The notes beneath the pieces are model-generated. The model ran no database searches. It was not told the origin of the DNA and saw only the letters and a program-made list of their open reading frames with translations. Shown piece after piece: positions 9,845 through 19,500 of a stretch of DNA of 64,000 bases. Position numbers and translations under genes: made by a program. The stretch's first letter is position 1. Every line of letters begins with the position of its first letter. Source of the DNA: Bacteroidetes bacterium UBA7692 (GTDB lineage Bacteria; Bacteroidota; Bacteroidia; Chitinophagales; LD1); contig DLGO01000038.1 of NCBI GenBank assembly GCA_002482725.1, forward strand, positions 16,310 through 80,309, in the 5' to 3' direction.

Positions 9845-9878
9845 AAAATAGGAGTACTGATTTCAGTACTCCTATTTT
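9845..9878 (-). terminator. rho-independent terminator of rpoN
   Basis: Stem AGGAGTACTGA ttt TCAGTACTCCT with flanking A and T runs, about 25 nt past the rpoN stop. Confidence 0.75.
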
Positions 9879-9900
9879 AATCTGTCCAATGATTAATAAT

Positions 9901-11340
9901 CTAGCTATTCATACGATTGTCGCGGGCTCTTTCCTTAGCAGCCGGAATGTGAAGCATATCGCGGTATTTGGCAACTGTGCGCCTTGCCAATTTTACCTGG
10001 CGTGCTGCCAATATTTTTACGATTTCCTCATCGCTCAATGGTTTTATTTTATTCTCATCACTGATGATAAGCTGAAGCTCTGATTTTATTTTAGAGTTAC
10101 TTACTACCTCACCTACTTCATTGCTTATACCTTTTACAAAAAGCTCTTTTAGTGAAATGGTGCCGAAATCTGTTTCTGCATATCTGCTGCTGGTAATACG
10201 AGATATGGTAGATATGTGCAATCCGCTCATGTCTGCAATATCTTCCAGGATCATAGGTTTTAATATAGTGCGGTCTCCATCCTCAAAAAAAGCTTTCTGC
10301 ATTTTGCAGATACATGAGATAACCAGTTGCATACTATGCTCGCGCTCTGCGAGGCATTGTAGTACCCACTCTGCGCTCTCCATTTTATGCTTCATCAGTT
10401 TAAGGGATGATTGAGCAGATTTTGCAGATTTTTCTTTTTTGTTTAGCGCAGCCATGTGCTGCATCATTTCTTCGCTCAATACTATAGCTCCAGAAAAACT
10501 GCTAAGCAATTCCGCTTCAATTTTTCCTGTAGGTGTTATCGTTATCCTGAAGTCCGGTTGTATCGTGTTTTTGGTAAAGGTTTCTTCCTCGTCTGATATG
10601 ATTGGTTTAGGCGAGTATTGCTTGATAGCACGTAATGCGGCTTTAACCTGGTCAGCAGTTAGTTCAGCTTTTAGCTGAATGGCTTCCAGATTGCCTTTGC
10701 ATAGGTCATCGAAACAATCTTCAATTATAGCATAAGCCCATGCATCGGCTCTTTTCTTTGTCTTATTCCTGTCTATTTGTATCAGCAGGCACTCCTGCAG
10801 GCTGCGCGCTCCTATACCAGGTGGCTCGCATTTCTGCACCAGTTCCAGAGCTTTTACGATTTCTACTTCAGTTACCAGCTTTTGGAAAGAAAACGAAAGG
10901 TTATCTGCAATATCCTCTGTAGACTCCGGTAGAATACCATCATTGTCCAGGCAGTCTATCAGGTATTCTGCAAAGGCCACCATGCGCTTATCGCTGCTGA
11001 ACAATGCAACATCGTTTTTCAAGCGTTTGCGGAAGTCCTCGTGCGACCTGTTCAGGTGCATGAGGTCTTTATACTCACGTTGTATCTTTGCATCGTTTAT
11101 GCCCACTTCTACATAAGTGTCTTCGTCCTGGTAGGTATCCTTATCTTCTGCGCTCATGTCTTTATCAAAGTCGTCGCTCTCTAATTGCGCTTCCTCCGTT
11201 TTTTCAAGAAAGGGATTTGTTTCTAACTCCTCACGCAACGTTTGTTCAATCTCCTGGCGCGATAGCTGAAGGAAATTTAAAAACTGAACCTGCTGAGGAT
11301 TTATCTTTTGCTGTTGCCTTTGGCTCTGTTGTTGCTGCAT
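9901..11340 (-). CDS. rpoN: RNA polymerase sigma-54 factor
   Basis: 479 aa with a Gln-rich N-terminal region I (MQQQQSQRQQQK), a C-terminal HTH and the RpoN box ARRTVAKYR. Confidence 0.95.
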   Translation of the reverse strand: MQQQQSQRQQQKINPQQVQFLNFLQLSRQEIEQTLREELETNPFLEKTEEAQLESDDFDKDMSAEDKDTYQDEDTYVEVGINDAKIQREYKDLMHLNRSHEDFRKRLKNDVALFSSDKRMVAFAEYLIDCLDNDGILPESTEDIADNLSFSFQKLVTEVEIVKALELVQKCEPPGIGARSLQECLLIQIDRNKTKKRADAWAYAIIEDCFDDLCKGNLEAIQLKAELTADQVKAALRAIKQYSPKPIISDEEETFTKNTIQPDFRITITPTGKIEAELLSSFSGAIVLSEEMMQHMAALNKKEKSAKSAQSSLKLMKHKMESAEWVLQCLAEREHSMQLVISCICKMQKAFFEDGDRTILKPMILEDIADMSGLHISTISRITSSRYAETDFGTISLKELFVKGISNEVGEVVSNSKIKSELQLIISDENKIKPLSDEEIVKILAARQVKLARRTVAKYRDMLHIPAAKERARDNRMNS

Positions 11341-11490
11341 ATCAGTTAGTATTAGTACGGGGTGTAAAGCCTATTTCGTGCCAGACTTGTAAAATGTGAG
11401 AAACAGTATGAAAAACACTCATAATGAGCTTATATTTGGGTATGAGACATCTACTCGTGGAAATTCTTTGTGTATTTTTCGCCCCATAGT

Positions 11491-12909
11491 ATGAACGATA
11501 ATTCCCACGCTTCCAACTTTACACAGAAGTCGTTAACTGTAATTATGCTACTATCCCTCGTAGTACTGATAATTGCTGTTTTCCTTTCCTATAGCAAGTA
11601 TGCAAAAACCGTAGAAGACTACCAGGTGCTTAGCCATACTAACGAGGTGATGCGCGATATAGCCAACCTGAAGATTACAATAAGGGAAACGGAGTCTCAA
11701 GTAAGGTCTTATGTGATTTTGCGCAGGTCTATGGTAAAGCCTGTAATGAAGGATAAGCGCAGAGAGGCTATGGTAAAGCTGCAGACTGTAGCAATGGAGG
11801 TAAAAGATAATGCTATACAGAAACATAACTGTGAGGTAATGCGGGTACTGATAGACAAGCGCCTGGATTATCTGGAGTCAGTAGTGAATCGCGTAGAGCC
11901 TGCACGGCCGGTAATTACTTTTCCGGATGATGAAGTAGCCAGAGCGATGCAGGTAATGGAGCAGTTGAATAATCAGCTGACTGAGATGTATAATCATGAG
12001 CAAGGTTTGCTCGCGCAACGCACGCTGATAGTAAGGAGCGGAGCAAGGTTAACCCCCATATTTTTGCTCACGGCATCCTTTATAAGCGTAGTGCTCATTA
12101 TTGGCGCATACTTTGTTATTATCAAAGCCTTGAACAGGTCTATTAATCTTCAGCATTCGCTGGCACAGAAAGTAAAAGACCTGAACAGGTCCAATAATGA
12201 ACTGGAACAGTTTGCTTATGTAGCATCGCATGATTTGCAGGAGCCACTGCGCAAGCTGCGTACTTTTGGCGATATGCTGCAATTAAAGGAGGGTAATGGT
12301 TTGAGCCCTGAGGGCAAAGACCTGATACTGCGTATGCAAGGCTTCGCAGCCAAGATGCAAAAACTGATAGAAGACCTGCTTACCTTTTCGCGTGTGGTGA
12401 ATAATAACTACGAGCTAAAGGAGATAGACCTGAATAAGGTGGTGAATGATGTGAAGAGCAACATTGCCCTTATAAATAACAACAGGAAAGTGATACTGAC
12501 TGTTCCCCATTTGCCAACTGTAATGGGGTTCGATACACAACTGTTTCAACTTTTTCAAAACATACTTGCCAACTCGGTAAAATATGCTAAGGCCACCGGA
12601 GATATCAAAGTGGTAATAATGTGCTCTGAGGTTAAAGGAGACCAAGTGCCGGATGCAACAGCGGATAAAGAAGAGCTTTTTTATAAAATTTCTGTAAAAG
12701 ATAATGGTATAGGCTTTGATAGTCAGTATGCTCAAAAAATATTTGTAATTTTCCAACGGTTACACGGCAAATCGGAATATGAGGGAACCGGCATAGGACT
12801 TTCTATATGCAAGCGGGTGGTAGAAAACCATTCCGGGTATATAGAGGCAAATGGAAAACCTAACGAAGGGGCGGAGTTTATTATTTATTTACCGAAACCA
12901 AAGCGATGA
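11491..12909 (+). CDS. CHASE3-domain sensor histidine kinase
   Basis: The ATG at 11491 is preferred over the GTG at 11470. The product has an N-terminal TM helix, a CHASE3-like periplasmic segment (VLSHTNEVMRDIANLK...SQVRSYVILR), a second TM helix, the H-box ASHDLQEPLRKL, and G boxes DNGIGF and GTGIGL. Confidence 0.88.
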   Translation: MNDNSHASNFTQKSLTVIMLLSLVVLIIAVFLSYSKYAKTVEDYQVLSHTNEVMRDIANLKITIRETESQVRSYVILRRSMVKPVMKDKRREAMVKLQTVAMEVKDNAIQKHNCEVMRVLIDKRLDYLESVVNRVEPARPVITFPDDEVARAMQVMEQLNNQLTEMYNHEQGLLAQRTLIVRSGARLTPIFLLTASFISVVLIIGAYFVIIKALNRSINLQHSLAQKVKDLNRSNNELEQFAYVASHDLQEPLRKLRTFGDMLQLKEGNGLSPEGKDLILRMQGFAAKMQKLIEDLLTFSRVVNNNYELKEIDLNKVVNDVKSNIALINNNRKVILTVPHLPTVMGFDTQLFQLFQNILANSVKYAKATGDIKVVIMCSEVKGDQVPDATADKEELFYKISVKDNGIGFDSQYAQKIFVIFQRLHGKSEYEGTGIGLSICKRVVENHSGYIEANGKPNEGAEFIIYLPKPKR

Positions 12910-13343
12910 ACAGTAATTTTTCTGTACTTGTGGCAGATGATGATCATGATGATAAGATGCTACTGAAACTGGCATTTCAAGAGAATAAGTTAACGGATAA
13001 GCTAAGTTTTGTGGATGATGGTGCTGCACTGATGCAATACCTAGGGGAATGTGGGAAAGGAAAGGAAAATACCCAATATCCCTCAATAATACTTTTGGAC
13101 CTGAATATGCCCCGTATGGATGGCAGGGAGGCCCTTCAACGTATTAAAGCCGACAATGCCCTTAGCAAAATCCCGGTTATCATATTTTCAACTTCCAATA
13201 TAGAGCAGGATATAGAAAATAGCTATAAGCTGGGTGCAAACAGCTATATCACCAAACCATCTGAATTTTTGCAATTAGTTGATATAGTTCACAATATACA
13301 TTCATTTTGGTGCGAGGCAGTAGCACTACCGATACTTTCTTAA
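12906..13343 (+). CDS. single-domain response regulator
   Basis: Has an ATGA overlap with the kinase gene. It is 145 aa with a receiver fold (DDDHDD...ILLDLNMPRMDG...KP). Confidence 0.88.
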   Translation: MNSNFSVLVADDDHDDKMLLKLAFQENKLTDKLSFVDDGAALMQYLGECGKGKENTQYPSIILLDLNMPRMDGREALQRIKADNALSKIPVIIFSTSNIEQDIENSYKLGANSYITKPSEFLQLVDIVHNIHSFWCEAVALPILS

Positions 13344-13403
13344 TACATAATATTAGTTTGGCATGCTTTTTTCTTATAAGTTCTACAACGGAAAAACGAA
13401 GTT

Positions 13404-13736
13404 ATGAAAGTGCTAATAATAGATGATGAAGTGGAGATCTGCATGTTGCTTAGCAGAATCATGAAAAAAAGGGCAAAAGAGGTTAATGTAGCACATTCGG
13501 TACGTGAAGGCATAGCTTGCATTGATAGTTCAAACCCTGATGTAATTTTCCTGGATAACAATTTGCCTGACGGGCAAGGTAAAGACTATATTAAATCAAT
13601 AAAGCATAATTGCCCTAATACAAAACTTATCTTCATAAGTGCTACTACTAATATCAAAGATGAGGTGCTGAATAACGGTGCGGATTATTTCTTTGAAAAA
13701 CCTGTTTCACTGCAACAGATAGACAGGGTGATTTGA
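13404..13736 (+). CDS. single-domain response regulator
   Basis: 110-aa receiver domain (IIDDEVE...IFLDNNLPDGQG...ISA). Confidence 0.8.
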   Translation: MKVLIIDDEVEICMLLSRIMKKRAKEVNVAHSVREGIACIDSSNPDVIFLDNNLPDGQGKDYIKSIKHNCPNTKLIFISATTNIKDEVLNNGADYFFEKPVSLQQIDRVI

Positions 13737-13840
13737 CTGCTATTAGTAGATGATCAACAAATATTTTGACTAGCCGGGCTGCATTGCCGGTATAAACTAA
13801 AAATGCCTTATTGGCTAACAGATAAAAAATTAAAGAATAA

Positions 13841-14887
13841 ATGTCCAATAAGCTTAATCCTATTATAAAGCAGCTTTTTCTATTTGCCCTGATATTGTTT
13901 ATCGGCATAATGATTGTTTATCACCTGAGGCCTGTAATAAATGGCCTATTAGGTGCTTTGGCATTACATATCATTTTACGGCCTTTATATTTCAAAATGG
14001 TTCGCGATAGAGGTTGGGGACCAAGAATATCTACTACTCTTTTGTTGCTTACTTCATTTGTGGTGATGTGCCTGCCGATATCGCTATTGTTCTATTCGGT
14101 GATAACCAGCATACAGGATGTAGCAGCAAATTTCAACCAGATAAACGCTACGCTTGTACACTCCTTTGATTGGATAAAACAGCAGACAGGTATCAATATT
14201 TTTACACCGGAGACATTAAGGAGCGTTTCGGAGCGCATTGCTATGATAGTGCCGATAATCGTGAACAGTACAGCAGGTATGGTATTGGATATAGCCACTA
14301 TGTATTTTGTACTTTACTTCACACTTACCGAGATCGATATGTTTGAAGGGTTTGTACGCAGGAACCTGCCTTTCAAAAAACAGAATAACATCATCCTGTT
14401 GAGGGAATTGAAAATCCAAACTAAAGCAAATGTTATAGGTATTCCTCTTGTTGGCCTGGCGCAGGGTGTGATAGCATTTATAGCGTATTTGATTGTGGGA
14501 TTAGATGGTGCACTGATGTGGGCATCGGTTACAGGGGTGGCTTCCATATTGCCATTTGTAGGTACGGCATTAGTTTGGCTGCCTATATCTATATATCTTT
14601 TTACGCAGGGGCAAAACTGGCAGGGAACAACCCTGCTACTTATTGGCGCTATTGTAATCACCAATGTAGATAATATAGTGCGCATGGTCGCACAAAAGAA
14701 AATCGGGAATATACATCCGCTGGTGACATTACTTGGCGTAATTATAGGCTTGAGTGTGTTCGGATTTATCGGCCTCATATTTGGCCCGCTTATTATCTCG
14801 TACTTCTTCATTTTGGTGCGCATATACCAGGATGAGTTTACGGATATAGATGTTAACAATGACCCGCCTGTTGAAACTGATAAATAG
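13841..14887 (+). CDS. AI-2E family (PerM/UPF0118) transporter
   Basis: 348-aa polytopic membrane protein with the family-typical C-terminal block GVIIGLSVFGFIGLIFGPLI. Confidence 0.8.
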   Translation: MSNKLNPIIKQLFLFALILFIGIMIVYHLRPVINGLLGALALHIILRPLYFKMVRDRGWGPRISTTLLLLTSFVVMCLPISLLFYSVITSIQDVAANFNQINATLVHSFDWIKQQTGINIFTPETLRSVSERIAMIVPIIVNSTAGMVLDIATMYFVLYFTLTEIDMFEGFVRRNLPFKKQNNIILLRELKIQTKANVIGIPLVGLAQGVIAFIAYLIVGLDGALMWASVTGVASILPFVGTALVWLPISIYLFTQGQNWQGTTLLLIGAIVITNVDNIVRMVAQKKIGNIHPLVTLLGVIIGLSVFGFIGLIFGPLIISYFFILVRIYQDEFTDIDVNNDPPVETDK

Positions 14888-14893
14888 ATGCGT

Positions 14894-16318
14894 CTAGGCT
14901 TTTAACTGATTGACCATGGTAATAAGCCAGGGCTTATTGGTTACATCTTTACTGCTATTCACTTTGCTTTCCAGGTTATCCAATTCTTTATAGTAGGTTG
15001 CTTTGTTCATGGATACTGCTGCAATCCTTATTTTATTCAAGGTCTTTGTGAATCGGATAAAATTCAGGTGCGATTGCTTCTGTAGTGTGGCGATATCCTT
15101 GTTTCGCAGTACGAATGCCCGGAAGGAGTCTGTGCAATAATCGAGTAGGTCAAAATCCTCTTCTTCATAAGCAGCTTTCATCATGATGGAGCGGGCACTC
15201 AGGTTATAGAATATATCGGTAAACTGAACAGACTGTAAAAGGCGCAGTGCGTTTTTAAGTTCCCTTTTTTCGTATAGCAGGTGTGCGAGGTTAAACTGAT
15301 AGGCATTATCGCGCACATCGGTCTTTAGCTTGTCTTTCCAGGATTCGATGAAGTTTTGGCAATAGTCAAACTCCTTTAACCTACAGCCCACGGATACGAT
15401 ATTCTTAAAATCCCATTCGGATAGGGTATCGCAACTACAGATCCTTTGCTGGGCTATTTGTGTCTGGTATATCGTGAACAGTTCCTTCAGGAAATCTGTA
15501 TTGCCGTCATTAATTTTTCGTATGCAATAGTTTTGAGCGTAGGAGTACATGTTGTAGGCTTCTGCTGAATCTATCAGCAGGGCATTTTGCGCCAGCAGTT
15601 CTTTTAATGCTGCAAAGGGCAGCGGGTCATCGGGGTTGGTAAGCGAGGTGTAAATGTTCTTATAAATGGCCGCTGCGGGATTAGCAGAAAAGAAAGCTTC
15701 ATTGTGGTTTACTATCTCTATTACAGGTTCAATAAACTGTGCCTTATAACCGGCATTGATGATTCTGTTGCGGTTTATCATTTCGCAGGCGTTCTTCAGC
15801 TTTTCGGCAAAATAAAACTGGTCGAGGTTGTCGGATTTCTTTTGCAGGTTGTCATCGGGCTTCCTGACACCGCTGCTGATAAAATCGAGGTCAGCTTCTT
15901 CAAATAATCTGTACCGGATAAAGGTAGACTGGGTAGGCTCTTCAACAGCAGCGTCTATGGCTTTCTTTAATTCTTTTTTCATTCCGCGCTTACGTAGTTC
16001 GTTAGCCGCGTGCAGTTGAGTTGCAGCGGGGTCCGCAAGGAAATTGCTTACTGCAAGGAACTTTTGCGTAAGCCTGAACAAGTAAGTCATCAAGTCGCTT
16101 ATCTGCTGCTCATCAGCTTTTCCTTTGCCAAAGATGTATTTGTATGCCGCAGCTTTGGTACATGCTTCGGGGTGGTGCAGATTGGCTATAATAAACTCAT
16201 GCAACTGCATTACATGTTTGTGGGTATTGAAATAGGGAGATAATACAAAGGCCGAAAATTGCTTTAGTTCTGATTTGCCAAAGGCAGAATAGGTGCGTAG
16301 TAGTTTGGATGCTTCCAT
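14894..16318 (-). CDS. hypothetical all-helical protein
   Basis: 474-aa clean ORF with no recognised catalytic or DNA-binding motif and a helical-repeat-like composition. It is divergent from the SprB-repeat gene array. Confidence 0.65.
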   Translation of the reverse strand: MEASKLLRTYSAFGKSELKQFSAFVLSPYFNTHKHVMQLHEFIIANLHHPEACTKAAAYKYIFGKGKADEQQISDLMTYLFRLTQKFLAVSNFLADPAATQLHAANELRKRGMKKELKKAIDAAVEEPTQSTFIRYRLFEEADLDFISSGVRKPDDNLQKKSDNLDQFYFAEKLKNACEMINRNRIINAGYKAQFIEPVIEIVNHNEAFFSANPAAAIYKNIYTSLTNPDDPLPFAALKELLAQNALLIDSAEAYNMYSYAQNYCIRKINDGNTDFLKELFTIYQTQIAQQRICSCDTLSEWDFKNIVSVGCRLKEFDYCQNFIESWKDKLKTDVRDNAYQFNLAHLLYEKRELKNALRLLQSVQFTDIFYNLSARSIMMKAAYEEEDFDLLDYCTDSFRAFVLRNKDIATLQKQSHLNFIRFTKTLNKIRIAAVSMNKATYYKELDNLESKVNSSKDVTNKPWLITMVNQLKA

Positions 16319-16485
16319 GGTTGGTCAAAGCTATGTAATATTTTATTCAGACTGTAATAATGTTTCCCAATTAAAACTAGCATATGCTTAAATAAGTATC
16401 TGTAAATGAATGCATTGATTTGTTATTTTAATTATGTATTAATCCATAAATGAATAAATATGGACTATGTCACAGGGATTGATAG

Positions 16486-16513
16486 AAATATGTTTACAGC
16501 GTCAAATAATGCA
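16486..16513 (+). promoter_or_regulatory. conserved upstream box, copy 1 (AAATATGTTTACAGCGTCAAATAATGCA)
   Basis: The same 28-mer recurs at 20752-20779 (27/28 identical) and at 24328-24355 (23/28 to copy 2), each 31-47 nt before a paralog ATG. It contains a -7-like TATGTTTA. Confidence 0.55.
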
Positions 16514-16560
16514 TTCAAGGACAGAAAACACATTGATTCAGTAACTTAAAACTTAGAAAT

Positions 16561-19500
16561 ATGAAACCAATTTATTTTAAAATTCTTTTTATGCTGTTGC
16601 TCGGTATAGCAACGGTGCAGTCGAGGGCCGGCATTACGCTGCTCTCACCAAATGGGGGGGAGGTATTTCACAATCAGGTAATTGTGAGGTGGAGTGCCAA
16701 CGGTGCTACAAATAGCATAAATATTTATCTGTCAACTGATGATGGGAGCACATATACACCCGAACTGTTGGGATATAGTATTACTCCAAATGATACAGGT
16801 AGTATAACTCTGAATTCGCTAAATAGCTCAAGGCGATCGAACAGATGTTTTATCCGTATAGAAGATGCAAGTGCTCCTGCGAGTTTTGATGCAAGCAATG
16901 ATTCATTTGCTGTTCAGGTAAATTATGCTCCGCAAGCTTATGATAGCTTGGTTACGCCCATGAATGTACCAATAGCTTATGCACCTGATGTTTATGACAA
17001 TGATACTGATGATAAGCATGTTATAACTACTAGCTCCAATCCGCCAAATGGTACAGTTATTGCGTTGAGCGATTCTACCTTTACTTATACTCCTAATTCA
17101 GGGTATGTGGGTTATGATAGTTTCTCGGTGCGTATTTGCGACGATGGCACTCCTTCTTTGTGCGGCAATGGATTTGTTAGAATTTATGTAGGTTGCGATC
17201 AATTGGAAGTTAATCCAGGTGCGAATGCTACAATATGCTCAACATCAGGTTATCTTTTGGGTGGTAACCCAACTGCATCAGGTGGTACGGCTCCATATAG
17301 CTATCAATGGTCGGCATATACAATACTGGATAATGCATATTCTGCCAACCCGGTGATAACAAGCAATTACTCAGGAACTAGAGTTGTGTTATTGCGCGTA
17401 ACCGATGCTAATGGTTGCCTTGCAGATACAATTGTACGCATTACGGGCGGTTCTTCCGGTAACTTAATCATACAGAATGGCATAATAAATACTGGTTGCC
17501 TTGGAAATACGGGGTCTATTGATATCGGTGTGTCCGGTGGCGGGACATATACATATAGTTGGAGCAATGGCACTACTACAGAGGATGTTTCAGGGTTACA
17601 GGCAGGTACTTATATTGTTTCGGTTTCTGATGGCTCAACATGTATCAGCACAAAAAGCTTTATAGTAGGACAGGATACTGCTGCTTTTGTCATCAATCAG
17701 GATAATCTGCAGAATGCAGGTTGCCTTGGAAATGATGGGTCGATAAGGGTGATAGTATCAGGGCCGGGAGCACCTTTTACTTATGCATGGTCAAATGTAG
17801 CAACAACCAATGAGGTAACAGGTCTAAGTAGTGGAACATACACAGTAACTGTAACCAATAGCTCAGGGTGTTCACTTATCAGAAGTTTTGGAATCGGCTC
17901 GTCTTCAGCTTCTTTTTCGCTGCAGGATACTATTTTTCCTGCTAACTGTGGCTCAAACAACGGTGAAATAGATTTGATAGTAACAGGCCCTGGAGCGCCT
18001 TTTACATACTTGTGGAGCAATGGAAGCACAGGGAGTGGTATAAATAGTTTGAGCGCGGGACTTTATTTTGTAACAGTTTTGGATAACGCAGGGTGCAGTT
18101 TACGCGACTCTTTTGATGTTACTTCATCTCCGGTTTTCAGCATAGTGACCGATTTCAAAAATGATGAATCATGCGCAGGTAATGATGGTGTCATAGATGT
18201 TAGTGTTTTCGGTGCAGGGGCACCGTTTACTTATGCATGGAGTATAGGTGCGACTACGGACGATATTGCAGGTTTGGATTCAGGGCAATATTCACTTATA
18301 GTAACCAATTCATTTGGTTGTACCGCAACTGAATATTATCACATCGCGCCATCATCTACGGTATTGCACATTACCAGAGATTCGATTGTGAAGTATACGT
18401 GTGGTGTACCGGCAGGAGGTTTCCTGGCTGTGTCGGCTAGTGGTGGTACTGCTCCGTATACGTATTTATGGAACAATGGTGTTTCTCCGGATAATGAAAT
18501 TTCCGGCCTTCCGGGTGGGGTGTATACTGTCTATGCAGTAGATGCAATGGGTTGTAGTGCTAGCTATTCAGATACCATAATTGAGGTGCAATCTTTAAGC
18601 CTGTCAGCTATTGTTACAAATATTGGTTGTAATAGTTTAGGTGCTATAGATTTATCTGTAGGGGGAACAGCCGGTCCATATACTTATGAATGGAGTAATG
18701 TATATACTACAGAAGACCTTGTCGCTATTTCTTTAGCAGGTAATTACTCGGTTACGGTAACCAATGGCAGTGGGTGTTCTGCAGTGCAGACTTATCCAAT
18801 AGCAAATGTCTCATCAAGCCTACATGTTTCTATTAAAGGAGATTCTGTGTTATGTGCAAATCAGCAAACCATTTTGTATGCTTATGTTACAGGTGACACC
18901 ACCTCGTATGCAATTGATTGGCAATATCCGGGTATGCCGGCCAATGATACCTCCGCTAACATTTTGGTGAAAGCCAATCCCGGTAACAGTATTGCTTATA
19001 TACTTACAGTGACGGATATAACAGGATGCAGTAAAAGTGATACTATGGTTGTTCGCTCTACAACGGATAGTATTACGGTTGTGATTGATTCGATACAGGC
19101 ACAGGGCTGCCCGAATCCTTTGGGGTCGATATTTATATCCGCAAACAGTGCTGCTCTGCCATTGACCTATGAGTGGGTAAATGCTCCGCTGCCAACGTTT
19201 ACAGAGGATCTTTTAAGCGTGCAGGCAAATACGTATTATTTGAACGTGAAAAATGCAAGTGGCTGTGTACATCAGGATATGATTACTGTACCAAGAGGTA
19301 TAGAATCTTATATAGACAATGGCGATACTACCTTTTGTAATATTGATACAGTAAGATTAAGGACATTTACTTCTCAGGGTATTGCACCGTATACTTACAA
19401 GTGGGCTTCATCTAATCCTGCATATAATTCTACTGATGAGGTTCTAAAAGCCTATGGTGGAGAAACAGGTTTTGTAGTTGTAGAAGTAACAGATAGCAAA

